DNA of 42,133 bases from Chryseolinea sp. (GTDB lineage: Bacteria; Bacteroidota; Bacteroidia; Cytophagales; Cyclobacteriaceae): positions 1-42,133 of the forward strand of contig JANNPM010000474.1 of assembly GCA_031400145.1 (NCBI GenBank). Direction: 5' to 3'. Shown here one piece after another: positions 29,120-37,847 of the stretch. Made by a program: the position numbers and the translations under genes. The notes beneath the pieces were generated by a model, which searched no databases, had not been told where the DNA came from, and saw nothing but the letters and a program-made list of their open reading frames with translations. The first letter of the stretch is position 1; every line of letters starts with the position of its first letter.

Positions 29120-30421
29120 ATGGTCATTGTGGATACTGCCCTCGCCAGGCGAGCATCAGAAAACAATCCTGTTAAAGTTGCCCTGGTTGGAGCAGGATTT
29201 ATGGGTAGAGGTATTGTGATGCAGATCGCCAACTCTGTTCCTGGAATGGAACTGGTAGCAATCTACAACCGGACAGTTGAAGGTGCTAAAAGAGCATATC
29301 GCGAAGCGGGCATCGATGATTTCCAGGTGGTTAACGATCAGGCTACGCTTGAGCACCGAATTGCGAAAGGGAAATACTCGATAACCGAAGATCCATTCCT
29401 GCTTTGCAAGGCTGGCAACATCGACGTTATAGTTGAAGTAACAGGTGCAGTGGAATTCAGCTCGCGCGTTGTATTCGAAGCGATCAAGCACAAGAAGCAC
29501 GTAGTGATAATGGACGCCGAACTTGACGGCACTGTTGGCGCTATCCTGAAAGCGTATGCCGATAAGGCAGGCGTTGTTTTGACAAATGCAGATGGTGATC
29601 AGCCTGGGGTTGAAATGAACCTCTATCGTTTTGTGAAGAGTATCGGTGTAAAGCCCGTCCTTTGCGGAAATATCAAAGGACTTCAGGACCCATATCGCAA
29701 TCCTGCTACGCAGGAAGGCTTTGCGAAAAAGTGGGGCCAAAACCCCGCGATGGTAACTTCGTTCGCTGATGGCACCAAGATTTCTTTTGAACAGGCAATT
29801 GTGGCTAATGCAACGGGCATGACCATTGGTCAGCGTGGAATGTATGGCCCCACAGTTCCATCAGGCACTCCTCTTAAAGACATTCTTAACAGATATCCTT
29901 TGGATGTACTTACGTCCGGGCCTGGCATTGTGGATTACGTGGTGGGTGCCGAACCCGGCCCCGGCGTATTCGTGCTGGGTACTCATGATAATCCGAGGCA
30001 GCAACATTATTTGAACCTTTATAAGCTTGGCGAAGGCCCGCTTTATTTGTTTTATACTCCTTATCACCTTTGTCATTTCGAAGTTCCATTAACGGCTGCA
30101 AGGGCTGCACTATTCCATGATGCTGCTATCACACCGATCGGCGCGCCACAAGTTGAAGTAGTGACAACGGCCAAGATCAATCTGAAAGCAGGTGAAAAAT
30201 TGGACGGTATTGGATGCTTTATGACCTATGGACAGGCTGAAACAGCTGAGATCACATCCGACCAGCGTCTGCTCCCAATGGGACTCGCAGAAGGTTGCGT
30301 GTTAACACGAGACGTGGCCAAAGATGAGGTTCTGACATATTCGGATGTGATATTGCCGAAGGACAGATTCTGCGACAAACTAAGACATGAGCAGAATGAT
30401 TACTTTAAGGTCACCGCATGA
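29120..30421 (+). CDS. NAD(P)-dependent oxidoreductase with C-terminal SAF domain (homoserine dehydrogenase-like; StrU-like)
   Basis: GAGFMG Rossmann motif, GDQPG, SFADGTK, YTPYHLCHFE; SAF domain LLPMGLAEGCVLTRDVAKDEVLTYSDV. Confidence 0.88.
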   Translation: MVIVDTALARRASENNPVKVALVGAGFMGRGIVMQIANSVPGMELVAIYNRTVEGAKRAYREAGIDDFQVVNDQATLEHRIAKGKYSITEDPFLLCKAGNIDVIVEVTGAVEFSSRVVFEAIKHKKHVVIMDAELDGTVGAILKAYADKAGVVLTNADGDQPGVEMNLYRFVKSIGVKPVLCGNIKGLQDPYRNPATQEGFAKKWGQNPAMVTSFADGTKISFEQAIVANATGMTIGQRGMYGPTVPSGTPLKDILNRYPLDVLTSGPGIVDYVVGAEPGPGVFVLGTHDNPRQQHYLNLYKLGEGPLYLFYTPYHLCHFEVPLTAARAALFHDAAITPIGAPQVEVVTTAKINLKAGEKLDGIGCFMTYGQAETAEITSDQRLLPMGLAEGCVLTRDVAKDEVLTYSDVILPKDRFCDKLRHEQNDYFKVTA

Positions 30422-30520
30422 TGTTCGATCGGTTTTGATTTCCTGGATAATGGGTTTCATTGTTTTTTTCGTCCAAAAGGGACATTACTTGTAAAGACAG
30501 TTCGCAAATAAATTATCTCT

Positions 30521-31717
30521 GTGCAATACGATGTCATAATTGTGGGTGGAGGAGCTGTTGGCCTGGCCACAGCACTGCAGCTAAAGAAACAAAACCCGAA
30601 GTTAAAAGTTGTTGTGATTGAAAAGGAAAAGGTTGTTGCCAATCACCAGACTGGCAATAATAGCAATGTAATACACTCCGGTGTATACTATAAACCCGGA
30701 AGTCTGAAAGCAAAGAATTGCATCGGTGGTTACAATCTCCTCATCGATTTTTGCCGTCAGCATGGTGTCCCTTTTGACCTTTGCGGGAAAGTCATTGTTG
30801 CTATCGAAGAGAAGGAGCTTCCCCTGTTAAAGACGATATTTGAACGCGGTCAGCAAAATGGATTGGCTAATCTGAAAATGCTGAACGCAGCGCAGGTAAA
30901 AGAACATGAGCCACATGTCGCTGGCATTGCCGGAATCCATGTGCCCCAAACAGGGATAGTGGATTACCGCGTCGTCGCCGAGAAATACGCGGAAATCTTC
31001 CAGCAAAAGGACGGCGAGGTGCGACTGGGAGAGAAGGTTGTCGATATACAATTAGCTTCTGACAAGGCAGTTGTCATCACGCAGAAATCGAGCTATACCG
31101 GAAAGCTTGTAGTGAATTGTGGAGGTCTTTATGCCGATAAGCTGGCACGGCTCACGTTGAAAGATGTCAGCTTCAAGATCATCCCTTTTCGTGGTGAATA
31201 TTACAAGCTCAGGAAGGAGAAAGAATATCTGGTCAAGACACTTGTTTACCCTGTACCCGATCCCAATTTTCCTTTCCATGGCGTTCACTTTACTACAATG
31301 GTAGGAGGGGGAGTTGAGTGCGGTCCTAACGCTGTTCTCGCCTTCAGAAGAGAAGGTTATAAGAAGTCTGACATCAACCTGGCCGAGCTTGGTGAGACGT
31401 TAGCATGGCCAGGTTTTCGCAAGGTGGTTTCGAAGTACTGGAGGACTGGACTTGGGGAAATTCATCGTTCTTATTCGAAAAGTGCCTTCACCAAGGCGCT
31501 GCAAAAGCTGATGCCGGAGATCCGCGAGGAAGATCTTATTCCCGGGGGCGCCGGGGTTCGCGCCCAGGCATGCGATCGCACAGGTGGGCTACTGGACGAC
31601 TTTCTCATCCTGGAGGATAAGCTTGTGATCAACGTATGCAATGCTCCTTCTCCCGCGGCTACATCATCGTTGGCCATTGGTCAGACTGTCGCCGATTGGG
31701 CCAGACAAAGATTCTGA
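30521..31717 (+). CDS. lhgO: L-2-hydroxyglutarate oxidase-family FAD oxidoreductase
   Basis: GGGAVG, HQTGNNSNVIHSGVYYKPGSLKA, IIPFRGEYY, YPVPDP, AGVRAQA and NAPSPAATSSLAIG. Confidence 0.93.
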   Translation: MQYDVIIVGGGAVGLATALQLKKQNPKLKVVVIEKEKVVANHQTGNNSNVIHSGVYYKPGSLKAKNCIGGYNLLIDFCRQHGVPFDLCGKVIVAIEEKELPLLKTIFERGQQNGLANLKMLNAAQVKEHEPHVAGIAGIHVPQTGIVDYRVVAEKYAEIFQQKDGEVRLGEKVVDIQLASDKAVVITQKSSYTGKLVVNCGGLYADKLARLTLKDVSFKIIPFRGEYYKLRKEKEYLVKTLVYPVPDPNFPFHGVHFTTMVGGGVECGPNAVLAFRREGYKKSDINLAELGETLAWPGFRKVVSKYWRTGLGEIHRSYSKSAFTKALQKLMPEIREEDLIPGGAGVRAQACDRTGGLLDDFLILEDKLVINVCNAPSPAATSSLAIGQTVADWARQRF

Positions 31718-31746
31718 ATACAATAAATCACCCAATCATTACCTAT

Positions 31747-33135
31747 TTAATAGGCTCTCTTTTCACCCTTAACCATATTCCAAACGGTTAAGAAGATTAT
31801 CTTGATATCCAACGACAGGCTCCAGTTTTCCATATAGATAACATCGTACTCTACGCGCTTCTCCATCAGGCTCACTTCCTTGGTTTCTCCACGGTAACCA
31901 TTGACCTGTGCATACCCCGTGATACCTGGAGTAACAAAATGTCTGACCTTATACTTCTTTATCGCCGCACCGTATTGGTCAAGCTGACTGCTAATGTGCG
32001 GCCTTGGGCCGACAACTGACATATTTCCCATCAGCACGTTAAAGAACTGTGGCAGCTCGTCAAGATTGGTTTTTCTGAGAAATCTGCCAACTTTGGTAAT
32101 GCGCGGGTCGTCCTTGGTTGCCTGCCGTTCGGAAACACCATGAATATACATGCTGCGAAACTTGTAGCAGTCGAACAACTTATTCTTTTTGCCCTGACGA
32201 GGCTGTTTGAAAAGTATTGGCCCTTCTGAATCAGTTTTGATAGCGATCGCGATGATGGGAAAGAGGATCGGGAAGATGGTCAGGATCACGAGCAGCGCGA
32301 ACACAATGTCAAATAATCTTTTCAGGAATACATTCAGCGCAACACCAAGGGGCTCTTTCCTTGTAGTCAATACCGGAATCGAATCCAGCATGAACATATT
32401 GTATTTGTCAGACACAACTTCGCCGAAATCAGGCGTAATTCGTAAATAGATAAAGTTGTCGTCGGCAAATTTTGATATATTGTTCAGCAGCTCTTCATTT
32501 CCGGGAGGCAATGCGAAATAGATCTCATCGATGCTTTCCCTTTGGCAGAAGTCATTGAGGTCGGCAACTTTGCCCTTGATCAGTGCTTTGTGAACAATCA
32601 GCGGATCGGGATTATCGTCGAAAAAACCCTTGAAATTATATTTTGAGAAATCATGTGATTCAAAGAAATCATACAACGCCCGGCCTGAATGCGTAGCACC
32701 GATGATCACGACTTTGCGCTGATCGAATCCTGAGAATTCAAAGTATTTCCACGTCATCTTGTATGCAGCCCTGGAGATGATAAGCAGGATGCCAGTCAGT
32801 ACGTATACTACTGGCAGAAACAGGTTGTTGACCTGGTAAGAGTTTGTGGTGAACAACAGCAACATCAACAAACAGAAATGAACGAGTAATGAGCCCATAA
32901 GGCTCGTTATAATATTCTTTAATGCACTGTATTTGTTTATGCGATAGATCTCATTCAAGAAGCCGGAAATAACCCAAATAAGACTGAATATCAGAAAGAA
33001 TGACATCTCCTGGTTTTCAGCAATGCCATCCTCGAACCCAAGTTTTTTTGTTAATGAAAAGGCAAGAGAGATGAGGTAAAAATCGAGGATAAATACCATC
33101 ATCTTAATGAGGCGGGAGTAATATTTATCTTCCAT
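31747..33135 (-). CDS. wcaJ: Undecaprenyl-phosphate glucose phosphotransferase (WcaJ-like priming transferase)
   Basis: N-terminal TM segments and CoA-binding-like domain; KRLFD, YKFRSM, DELPQFFNVLMGNMSVVGPRP and PGITGYAQV. Confidence 0.95.
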   Translation of the reverse strand: MEDKYYSRLIKMMVFILDFYLISLAFSLTKKLGFEDGIAENQEMSFFLIFSLIWVISGFLNEIYRINKYSALKNIITSLMGSLLVHFCLLMLLLFTTNSYQVNNLFLPVVYVLTGILLIISRAAYKMTWKYFEFSGFDQRKVVIIGATHSGRALYDFFESHDFSKYNFKGFFDDNPDPLIVHKALIKGKVADLNDFCQRESIDEIYFALPPGNEELLNNISKFADDNFIYLRITPDFGEVVSDKYNMFMLDSIPVLTTRKEPLGVALNVFLKRLFDIVFALLVILTIFPILFPIIAIAIKTDSEGPILFKQPRQGKKNKLFDCYKFRSMYIHGVSERQATKDDPRITKVGRFLRKTNLDELPQFFNVLMGNMSVVGPRPHISSQLDQYGAAIKKYKVRHFVTPGITGYAQVNGYRGETKEVSLMEKRVEYDVIYMENWSLSLDIKIIFLTVWNMVKGEKRAY

Positions 33136-33191
33136 ATTAGAGCGTTAAGCCATACATGTTATAAAAGTAGAATTTCAAGCATGCTGACTAC

Positions 33192-33205
33192 ATGACAGGC
33201 GTCAT
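33192..33205 (-). promoter_or_regulatory. Crp/Fnr-like palindrome upstream of wcaJ
   Basis: ATGAC-AGGC-GTCAT with perfect arms; -7-like TACTTTTA lies 22 nt further along the minus strand (33162-33169). Confidence 0.6.
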
Positions 33206-33370
33206 CGGAACGGCAAATTTTGCTCATTAGCCTTAAAAGCGGCATTTTTGACTGAGATGCAACGATTTCAGGCCAATCTGGGAAGTGAGAAAAATGTAAT
33301 ATTTTTTATAAAAAAGCTAAAAAAACCGTAAAACCTTAATTCAGGGACCTGATTTTTAGTCGCTACTGGT

Positions 33371-34468
33371 CTACTTAAACTTCATCGCCCGGTTGGCGAA
33401 GGCGATTAACAGGTGTTCCAATTTTGCCTTTTCGAGGATCTTTATGCCCTCGTCTGTGATTTCAATCAGTCCCTCATCTTTAAAGTCGGCCAGCGTCCGG
33501 TTCAGCGACTCGGTTGCCGTGCCGATCATATTCGAAATGTCTTTCCGGGCAATGGTAATTATTTCCTTTTTATTGGGAAGGTTGTGCTCCTGGTAAATTC
33601 TCAACAACGCACCGGCAACACGCTGACGTACCGATTGGTATGCGAGATCTAAAAGACGGTTCTCTGCGTCGATGAGATTATTGGAAAGCATCTTGATGAA
33701 TTTTCTGGCCATGTCCTTGCTCGAGTAGATCAAAGTCAAAAAATCCTGTTTAGGAATGATTGATATCTCGGCTTCATCCAGAACTTCAGCGCTTTCATTA
33801 TGCTGCCTCTCCTCAAGCAGGGGTACATAGCCAAGGAAGTCTCCGGCGGAGTGAATTCCGGTGATCAATTCCTTTCCATCGTAATTAACTTTGAAGGTTT
33901 TCACCTCCCCCGTAACGATGAAATATAGATCTGAAGGGGTCTGTCCCTCCATGAAAACAAATTCCTTTTTTTTGAATGGCCTGGTGGACCGGTTCTCGGA
34001 GAGCTTTTGAAATTCTTTCAGTTCCCGAGCTTTATTAAAAAACGTGTTTACATCGTACAGATCGTTTTTATTATTATGATTGTTAGCCTTGAGCTGCTGG
34101 CTTTTTTTCAATCTTATCTCGACCACCTTGAGCAAATCATGGCCCTCGAAAGGCTTGGTCATATAATCATCTGCGCCCATATTCATCCCGGCGCGAAGGT
34201 CATTTCTGTCGGCTTTCGCAGTCAGGAAAATGAATGGGATATTGGCCGTCTCCGGATCGTTGTTGAGGATGTGAAGAACGCCGTACCCGTCAAGCTCAGG
34301 CATCATTACATCGCAGAGAATAAGATCTGGATGTTGCTGCTGGGCCAACTCAACGCCGACTTTACCATTAGGAGCATTCAAAACATTGTAATGGGCCAGC
34401 TTTAGGATGCTGCAAATATTTTCCGCCATCTCCTTATTATCTTCAATCAGGAGTATTGTATACTTCAT
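33371..34468 (-). CDS. Response regulator fused to a Crp/Fnr-family cNMP-fold and HTH domain
   Basis: Receiver domain (LIEDN, LILCDVMMP, FLTAK, TKPF); then VFMEGQ/GDFLG cNMP-fold and HTH RKDISNMIGTATESLNRTLADFKDEGLI. Confidence 0.95.
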   Translation of the reverse strand: MKYTILLIEDNKEMAENICSILKLAHYNVLNAPNGKVGVELAQQQHPDLILCDVMMPELDGYGVLHILNNDPETANIPFIFLTAKADRNDLRAGMNMGADDYMTKPFEGHDLLKVVEIRLKKSQQLKANNHNNKNDLYDVNTFFNKARELKEFQKLSENRSTRPFKKKEFVFMEGQTPSDLYFIVTGEVKTFKVNYDGKELITGIHSAGDFLGYVPLLEERQHNESAEVLDEAEISIIPKQDFLTLIYSSKDMARKFIKMLSNNLIDAENRLLDLAYQSVRQRVAGALLRIYQEHNLPNKKEIITIARKDISNMIGTATESLNRTLADFKDEGLIEITDEGIKILEKAKLEHLLIAFANRAMKFK

Positions 34469-34493
34469 CGCGCCTTAATTATTTAGATGGCCT

Positions 34494-36005
34494 TCAGGCC
34501 TGCTTTTCTAAAATATCCAGGGTCACCACGGGTATATTCGTGATAAAGGTAGTGCCCTTATTCACCTGACTTGTAAACTCGATGGTTCCTTTCAAAAGAC
34601 GAATATACTTCTTTGCGATGTTCAGCCCTAATCCGGTACCTTCTATGTTATTTGCGTTCTGTCCGCGATAAAACCTTCTGAATATCTGATGCTGCTCTTC
34701 GTCGGGAATGCCTATGCCGTGGTCTGCAACTTTTACTCTCAAATTATCGTGCTTAAGTTCAACGTTCAACTCAATCTCCGCATCAAATGCCGAGTATTCT
34801 ATGGCGTTTGAAAGAAGGCTCATGATGATATTTTTCAACAGCAGCTGATCGGTCAGGACAGTGCAGGCAACTCCATCATAATTAAACTTAATCCTTTGCT
34901 TGGCTTTTTTAATGGAACCAATTTCATGAAGAAACTCCTGAAAAAAAGATTTGATTTCCGTTTCCCTGAACGCTACCTTGACTTTACCCTCCTCCAGCTT
35001 TCCAAGCGAAAGAAAATCGTTCAGCAATCCCGTCAGATTATGCACCGCACGCTTTATCTTGTCGAAGTACGATTTCCTTTCATATTCATCTGCCTCCACA
35101 TTATTTTCCAGCAGGAAGACAGAGGATAATATCGTGCTGAGCGGTGTCCTGAATTTGTGTGAAGCCATTGTTACAAATTGCGACATCAGCAGGTTCAGCT
35201 CCTTTTCTTTTTCCAGAGCCTTAAACAGATTATTTTCTAATTTCTTACGGTCAGTCACATTCCGAATCACGATCAGGATCTCGGATACCTCATTGTTCGC
35301 ATCGGTGATGGGAACCGCGTTGACGGTATATGCTTCTTCCTTGATAACCGTCTCAAAGGAAACGCTTTCGCCACTGAAGGCCTTCTTGATTTCAACACCT
35401 GAACCAATCGTTTCTGGTTCACCCTTGGAGTTAGATTTATTCAAGCCCAGCGCTTCGAGTCCTCGTCCGTCAGCCACAATGTATTTCATGTCCTTGTTCA
35501 GCACACAGATTACTCCATCTGGAAAGTGGCAGGCCATTGCAGCACGAAGTTTCTCACCCTTGAGAAGATCATTCTCAATCTTTTTCTTTTCCTCATTCAA
35601 CTGTTCCAGGTCCTTCCGTGCCTGAGCAAGTTTGAACAGCGCTTCGTCCTTTTCCGCTGACGCGGAATCAAGCAAGGAATTCCGACCTGCCTGTACATCC
35701 GAAACACTGCTCCTTATCCGGGCGATAACGCTTAAGCCTACAATGAAAAGCAGCAAAAAGCGAATGGTTAGCTCCGAGGTTCTAAGATCCTGAGTGTAAG
35801 TGGTGAAAAAGTATCCAACGACTATGAAAGCGGCCGTTACAAGTCCTAAGATTAGCCCATGAATGAATTTGCCGGGAGTGGTGAAAATGTATATCCCTGC
35901 GAGCAAATAAGCGAACAAACCCCACGAGAATACAAGTTCTGTGAAAAATATTCCCGCTACCAATAAAAGCCCAACTACAACTCGATCAGAATGATTTGTC
36001 CGCAT
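34494..36005 (-). CDS. Membrane sensor histidine kinase with PAS-like domain and atypical H/N boxes
   Basis: About four N-terminal TM segments, PAS-like segment, H box SHKFRTPL, N box SLLSNAIEYS, DHGIGIP and GTGLGL. Confidence 0.93.
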   Translation of the reverse strand: MRTNHSDRVVVGLLLVAGIFFTELVFSWGLFAYLLAGIYIFTTPGKFIHGLILGLVTAAFIVVGYFFTTYTQDLRTSELTIRFLLLFIVGLSVIARIRSSVSDVQAGRNSLLDSASAEKDEALFKLAQARKDLEQLNEEKKKIENDLLKGEKLRAAMACHFPDGVICVLNKDMKYIVADGRGLEALGLNKSNSKGEPETIGSGVEIKKAFSGESVSFETVIKEEAYTVNAVPITDANNEVSEILIVIRNVTDRKKLENNLFKALEKEKELNLLMSQFVTMASHKFRTPLSTILSSVFLLENNVEADEYERKSYFDKIKRAVHNLTGLLNDFLSLGKLEEGKVKVAFRETEIKSFFQEFLHEIGSIKKAKQRIKFNYDGVACTVLTDQLLLKNIIMSLLSNAIEYSAFDAEIELNVELKHDNLRVKVADHGIGIPDEEQHQIFRRFYRGQNANNIEGTGLGLNIAKKYIRLLKGTIEFTSQVNKGTTFITNIPVVTLDILEKQA

Positions 36006-36190
36006 TGGAAGTTAACTAAATGAACACTTTCATACTTTAAATGCAATTCGATGCCTGCTCTATAGTAGGATATTTGATTAGCAGGCGACGATACTGCCCA
36101 AAAAAACCTATCGAAGGACGATAAACAGCAAGTTATGAGAATGCACATTTACCATGTGGTTCAAGTTACGGAGGACACTTTTGGCGCTAA

Positions 36191-36204
36191 ATGATGGTTG
36201 TCAT
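36191..36204 (-). promoter_or_regulatory. Crp/Fnr-like palindrome upstream of the kinase-regulator operon
   Basis: ATGAT-GGTT-GTCAT; -7-like TAACTTGA lies 22 nt further along the minus strand (36161-36168). Confidence 0.55.
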
Positions 36205-36271
36205 GAGTAGCCAAGACTTTTTTCAGGGAGAATTTAACGTGGTGTCAATGAAGTAAACCGAGAAAATGATT

Positions 36272-36871
36272 TTATTTAAAGCGGATCGTTACTCCCAGAT
36301 TGATGTCGCTCATGTCATCATAACCCGCTTCCGCATAAAGGCCGACGGTCGGTTTCACATAATATCGTACGCCCGCCCTGACGACGACAGAAACATTTAC
36401 ATCTGTGTCATCGCGGTAAACATTATCCGTATAACCTACGGTCCTGTTTCTGAATCCTATTCCCGTTCCGGCATAAACATCAAGATTGGACAGCGGTATT
36501 AACTTGTTAAAGTGATAATAACCCAATACCGCAAGATGGAATGCATGTATTCGTTCGCGTTGATCATTGCCGTAGTCATAACGTCCGGCCGAAAACGCCA
36601 TCTGACCACCGATTCCAATCTCATCCATAATTCCATGCTCATACTTAGCGTAAGCGGGTCCGAAACCGATCCGGTTATTGCCCACATATGAATCTCCTGA
36701 AACAGGAATGTTCGGGAACCCATAACTGAACGTCAGCAAACCCATGTTTCGACTAAAAGAGCCGCTGTTTCTCGACTTATAGGGCGTATTGTAGAAATCT
36801 TTAGCCTTCTGGGAAAAAGCTGCGGCGCTAAACAAAAGAATCGTTGATACGACAAATATCATTCGTTTCAT
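36272..36871 (-). CDS. Small outer-membrane beta-barrel protein
   Basis: Signal peptide AFS-Q; amphipathic strands (GYYHFN, LDVYAGTGIG, AGVRYY, LYAEAGY); terminal GVTIRFK. Confidence 0.88.
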   Translation of the reverse strand: MKRMIFVVSTILLFSAAAFSQKAKDFYNTPYKSRNSGSFSRNMGLLTFSYGFPNIPVSGDSYVGNNRIGFGPAYAKYEHGIMDEIGIGGQMAFSAGRYDYGNDQRERIHAFHLAVLGYYHFNKLIPLSNLDVYAGTGIGFRNRTVGYTDNVYRDDTDVNVSVVVRAGVRYYVKPTVGLYAEAGYDDMSDINLGVTIRFK

Positions 36872-37027
36872 AATACATCAGGTTGGTGATTCATCATGAA
36901 CACAATTTTCATTCCCAATTCCTTTCCGCTGGACGGGGTTCCAGTGCCCAGCCTGCCCGCTTCAGACAATCTAAAATACATACCGATGGGCAATTCGCGC
37001 CCCAAAACACTATATCAAACCGGGCGA

Positions 37028-37468
37028 TCATTGTTCATCTTTGATGACGACCTTTTCCATAGCATCCCCCTGGCGAATAGCGTCGATCAAGTCGACACCG
37101 TCATATACTTTACCGAAGACTGTGTGATTTCTATCGAGATGGGCGGTGGAGCTGCGCGTATGACAGATGAAGAACTGAGAGCCACCTGTATCTCGTCCGG
37201 CGTGTGCCATCGACAGTATGCCCCTGTCGTGGTGCTGATTTTTACCTGTTAGCTCGCAATCTATATGGTACCCCGGACCGCCGCGACCGGTTCCTTCGGG
37301 ACAACCTCCCTGAATCATAAAGTTTGGGATAACACGATGGAATATAAGCCCATTGTAAAACCCTTTTTCAGCCAGATCGACAAAATTCTTCACCGTGTTC
37401 GGTGCATCTTCTTCAAAAAATTTGATCTTTAATATTCCTTTCTTCGTGTGAATCTCTGCAATTTTCAT
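37028..37468 (-). CDS. Cyclophilin-type peptidyl-prolyl cis-trans isomerase
   Basis: [36 protein letters not shown] and HTVFGKV; likely start at ATG 37468. Confidence 0.96.
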   Translation of the reverse strand: MKIAEIHTKKGILKIKFFEEDAPNTVKNFVDLAEKGFYNGLIFHRVIPNFMIQGGCPEGTGRGGPGYHIDCELTGKNQHHDRGILSMAHAGRDTGGSQFFICHTRSSTAHLDRNHTVFGKVYDGVDLIDAIRQGDAMEKVVIKDEQ

Positions 37469-37580
37469 AGTGGTTGATTTTTGTCGCAATTTAACACGAC
37501 GTATTAGATTTGACTGCCAAAAATTTTAAATCGACAGAACGAAATGACGTCTAAGCGATATCACTATAATTTACGAATGA

Positions 37581-37841
37581 ATGTCACGCAAATGTCCAAC
37601 ACATAAAAGGATCTTTTTGAACCATGACCAGGCGGTTGAAGCCTTAGTGGGTGCAAGGATACTTTACGGATATTCTGATGGCAATGGCCCGGTTTCCGTT
37701 TATAAGTGTGATGAATGCGGCCACTATCATTTGACATCAAAGGGCACTGTGAACGAAACCCTTCAAAAGCATATAAGGGATGGGAAAATCGACCTTGAAA
37801 AGGAAGCTAACCGATGGCTTCGCAAAATAAATAAGCGCTAG
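37581..37841 (+). CDS. Small putative zinc-binding hypothetical protein
   Basis: N-terminal Cys plus YKCDECGHYHLTS motif in an 86 aa ORF. Confidence 0.75.
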   Translation: MSRKCPTHKRIFLNHDQAVEALVGARILYGYSDGNGPVSVYKCDECGHYHLTSKGTVNETLQKHIRDGKIDLEKEANRWLRKINKR

Positions 37842-37847
37842 CAAAGG

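Noticed and set aside
34951-35625. 224 aa plus-strand ORF, and similar long antisense ORFs inside gyrA, the S8 gene, the SAF gene and ndvB
   Set aside because: Antisense shadows of well-supported genes; Ser-rich and without recognisable motifs.
36040-36058. Sigma-54-like promoter AGGCATCGAATTGCA upstream of the kinase (similar element near 1761)
   Set aside because: GG to GC spacing is 9 nt rather than the required 10.
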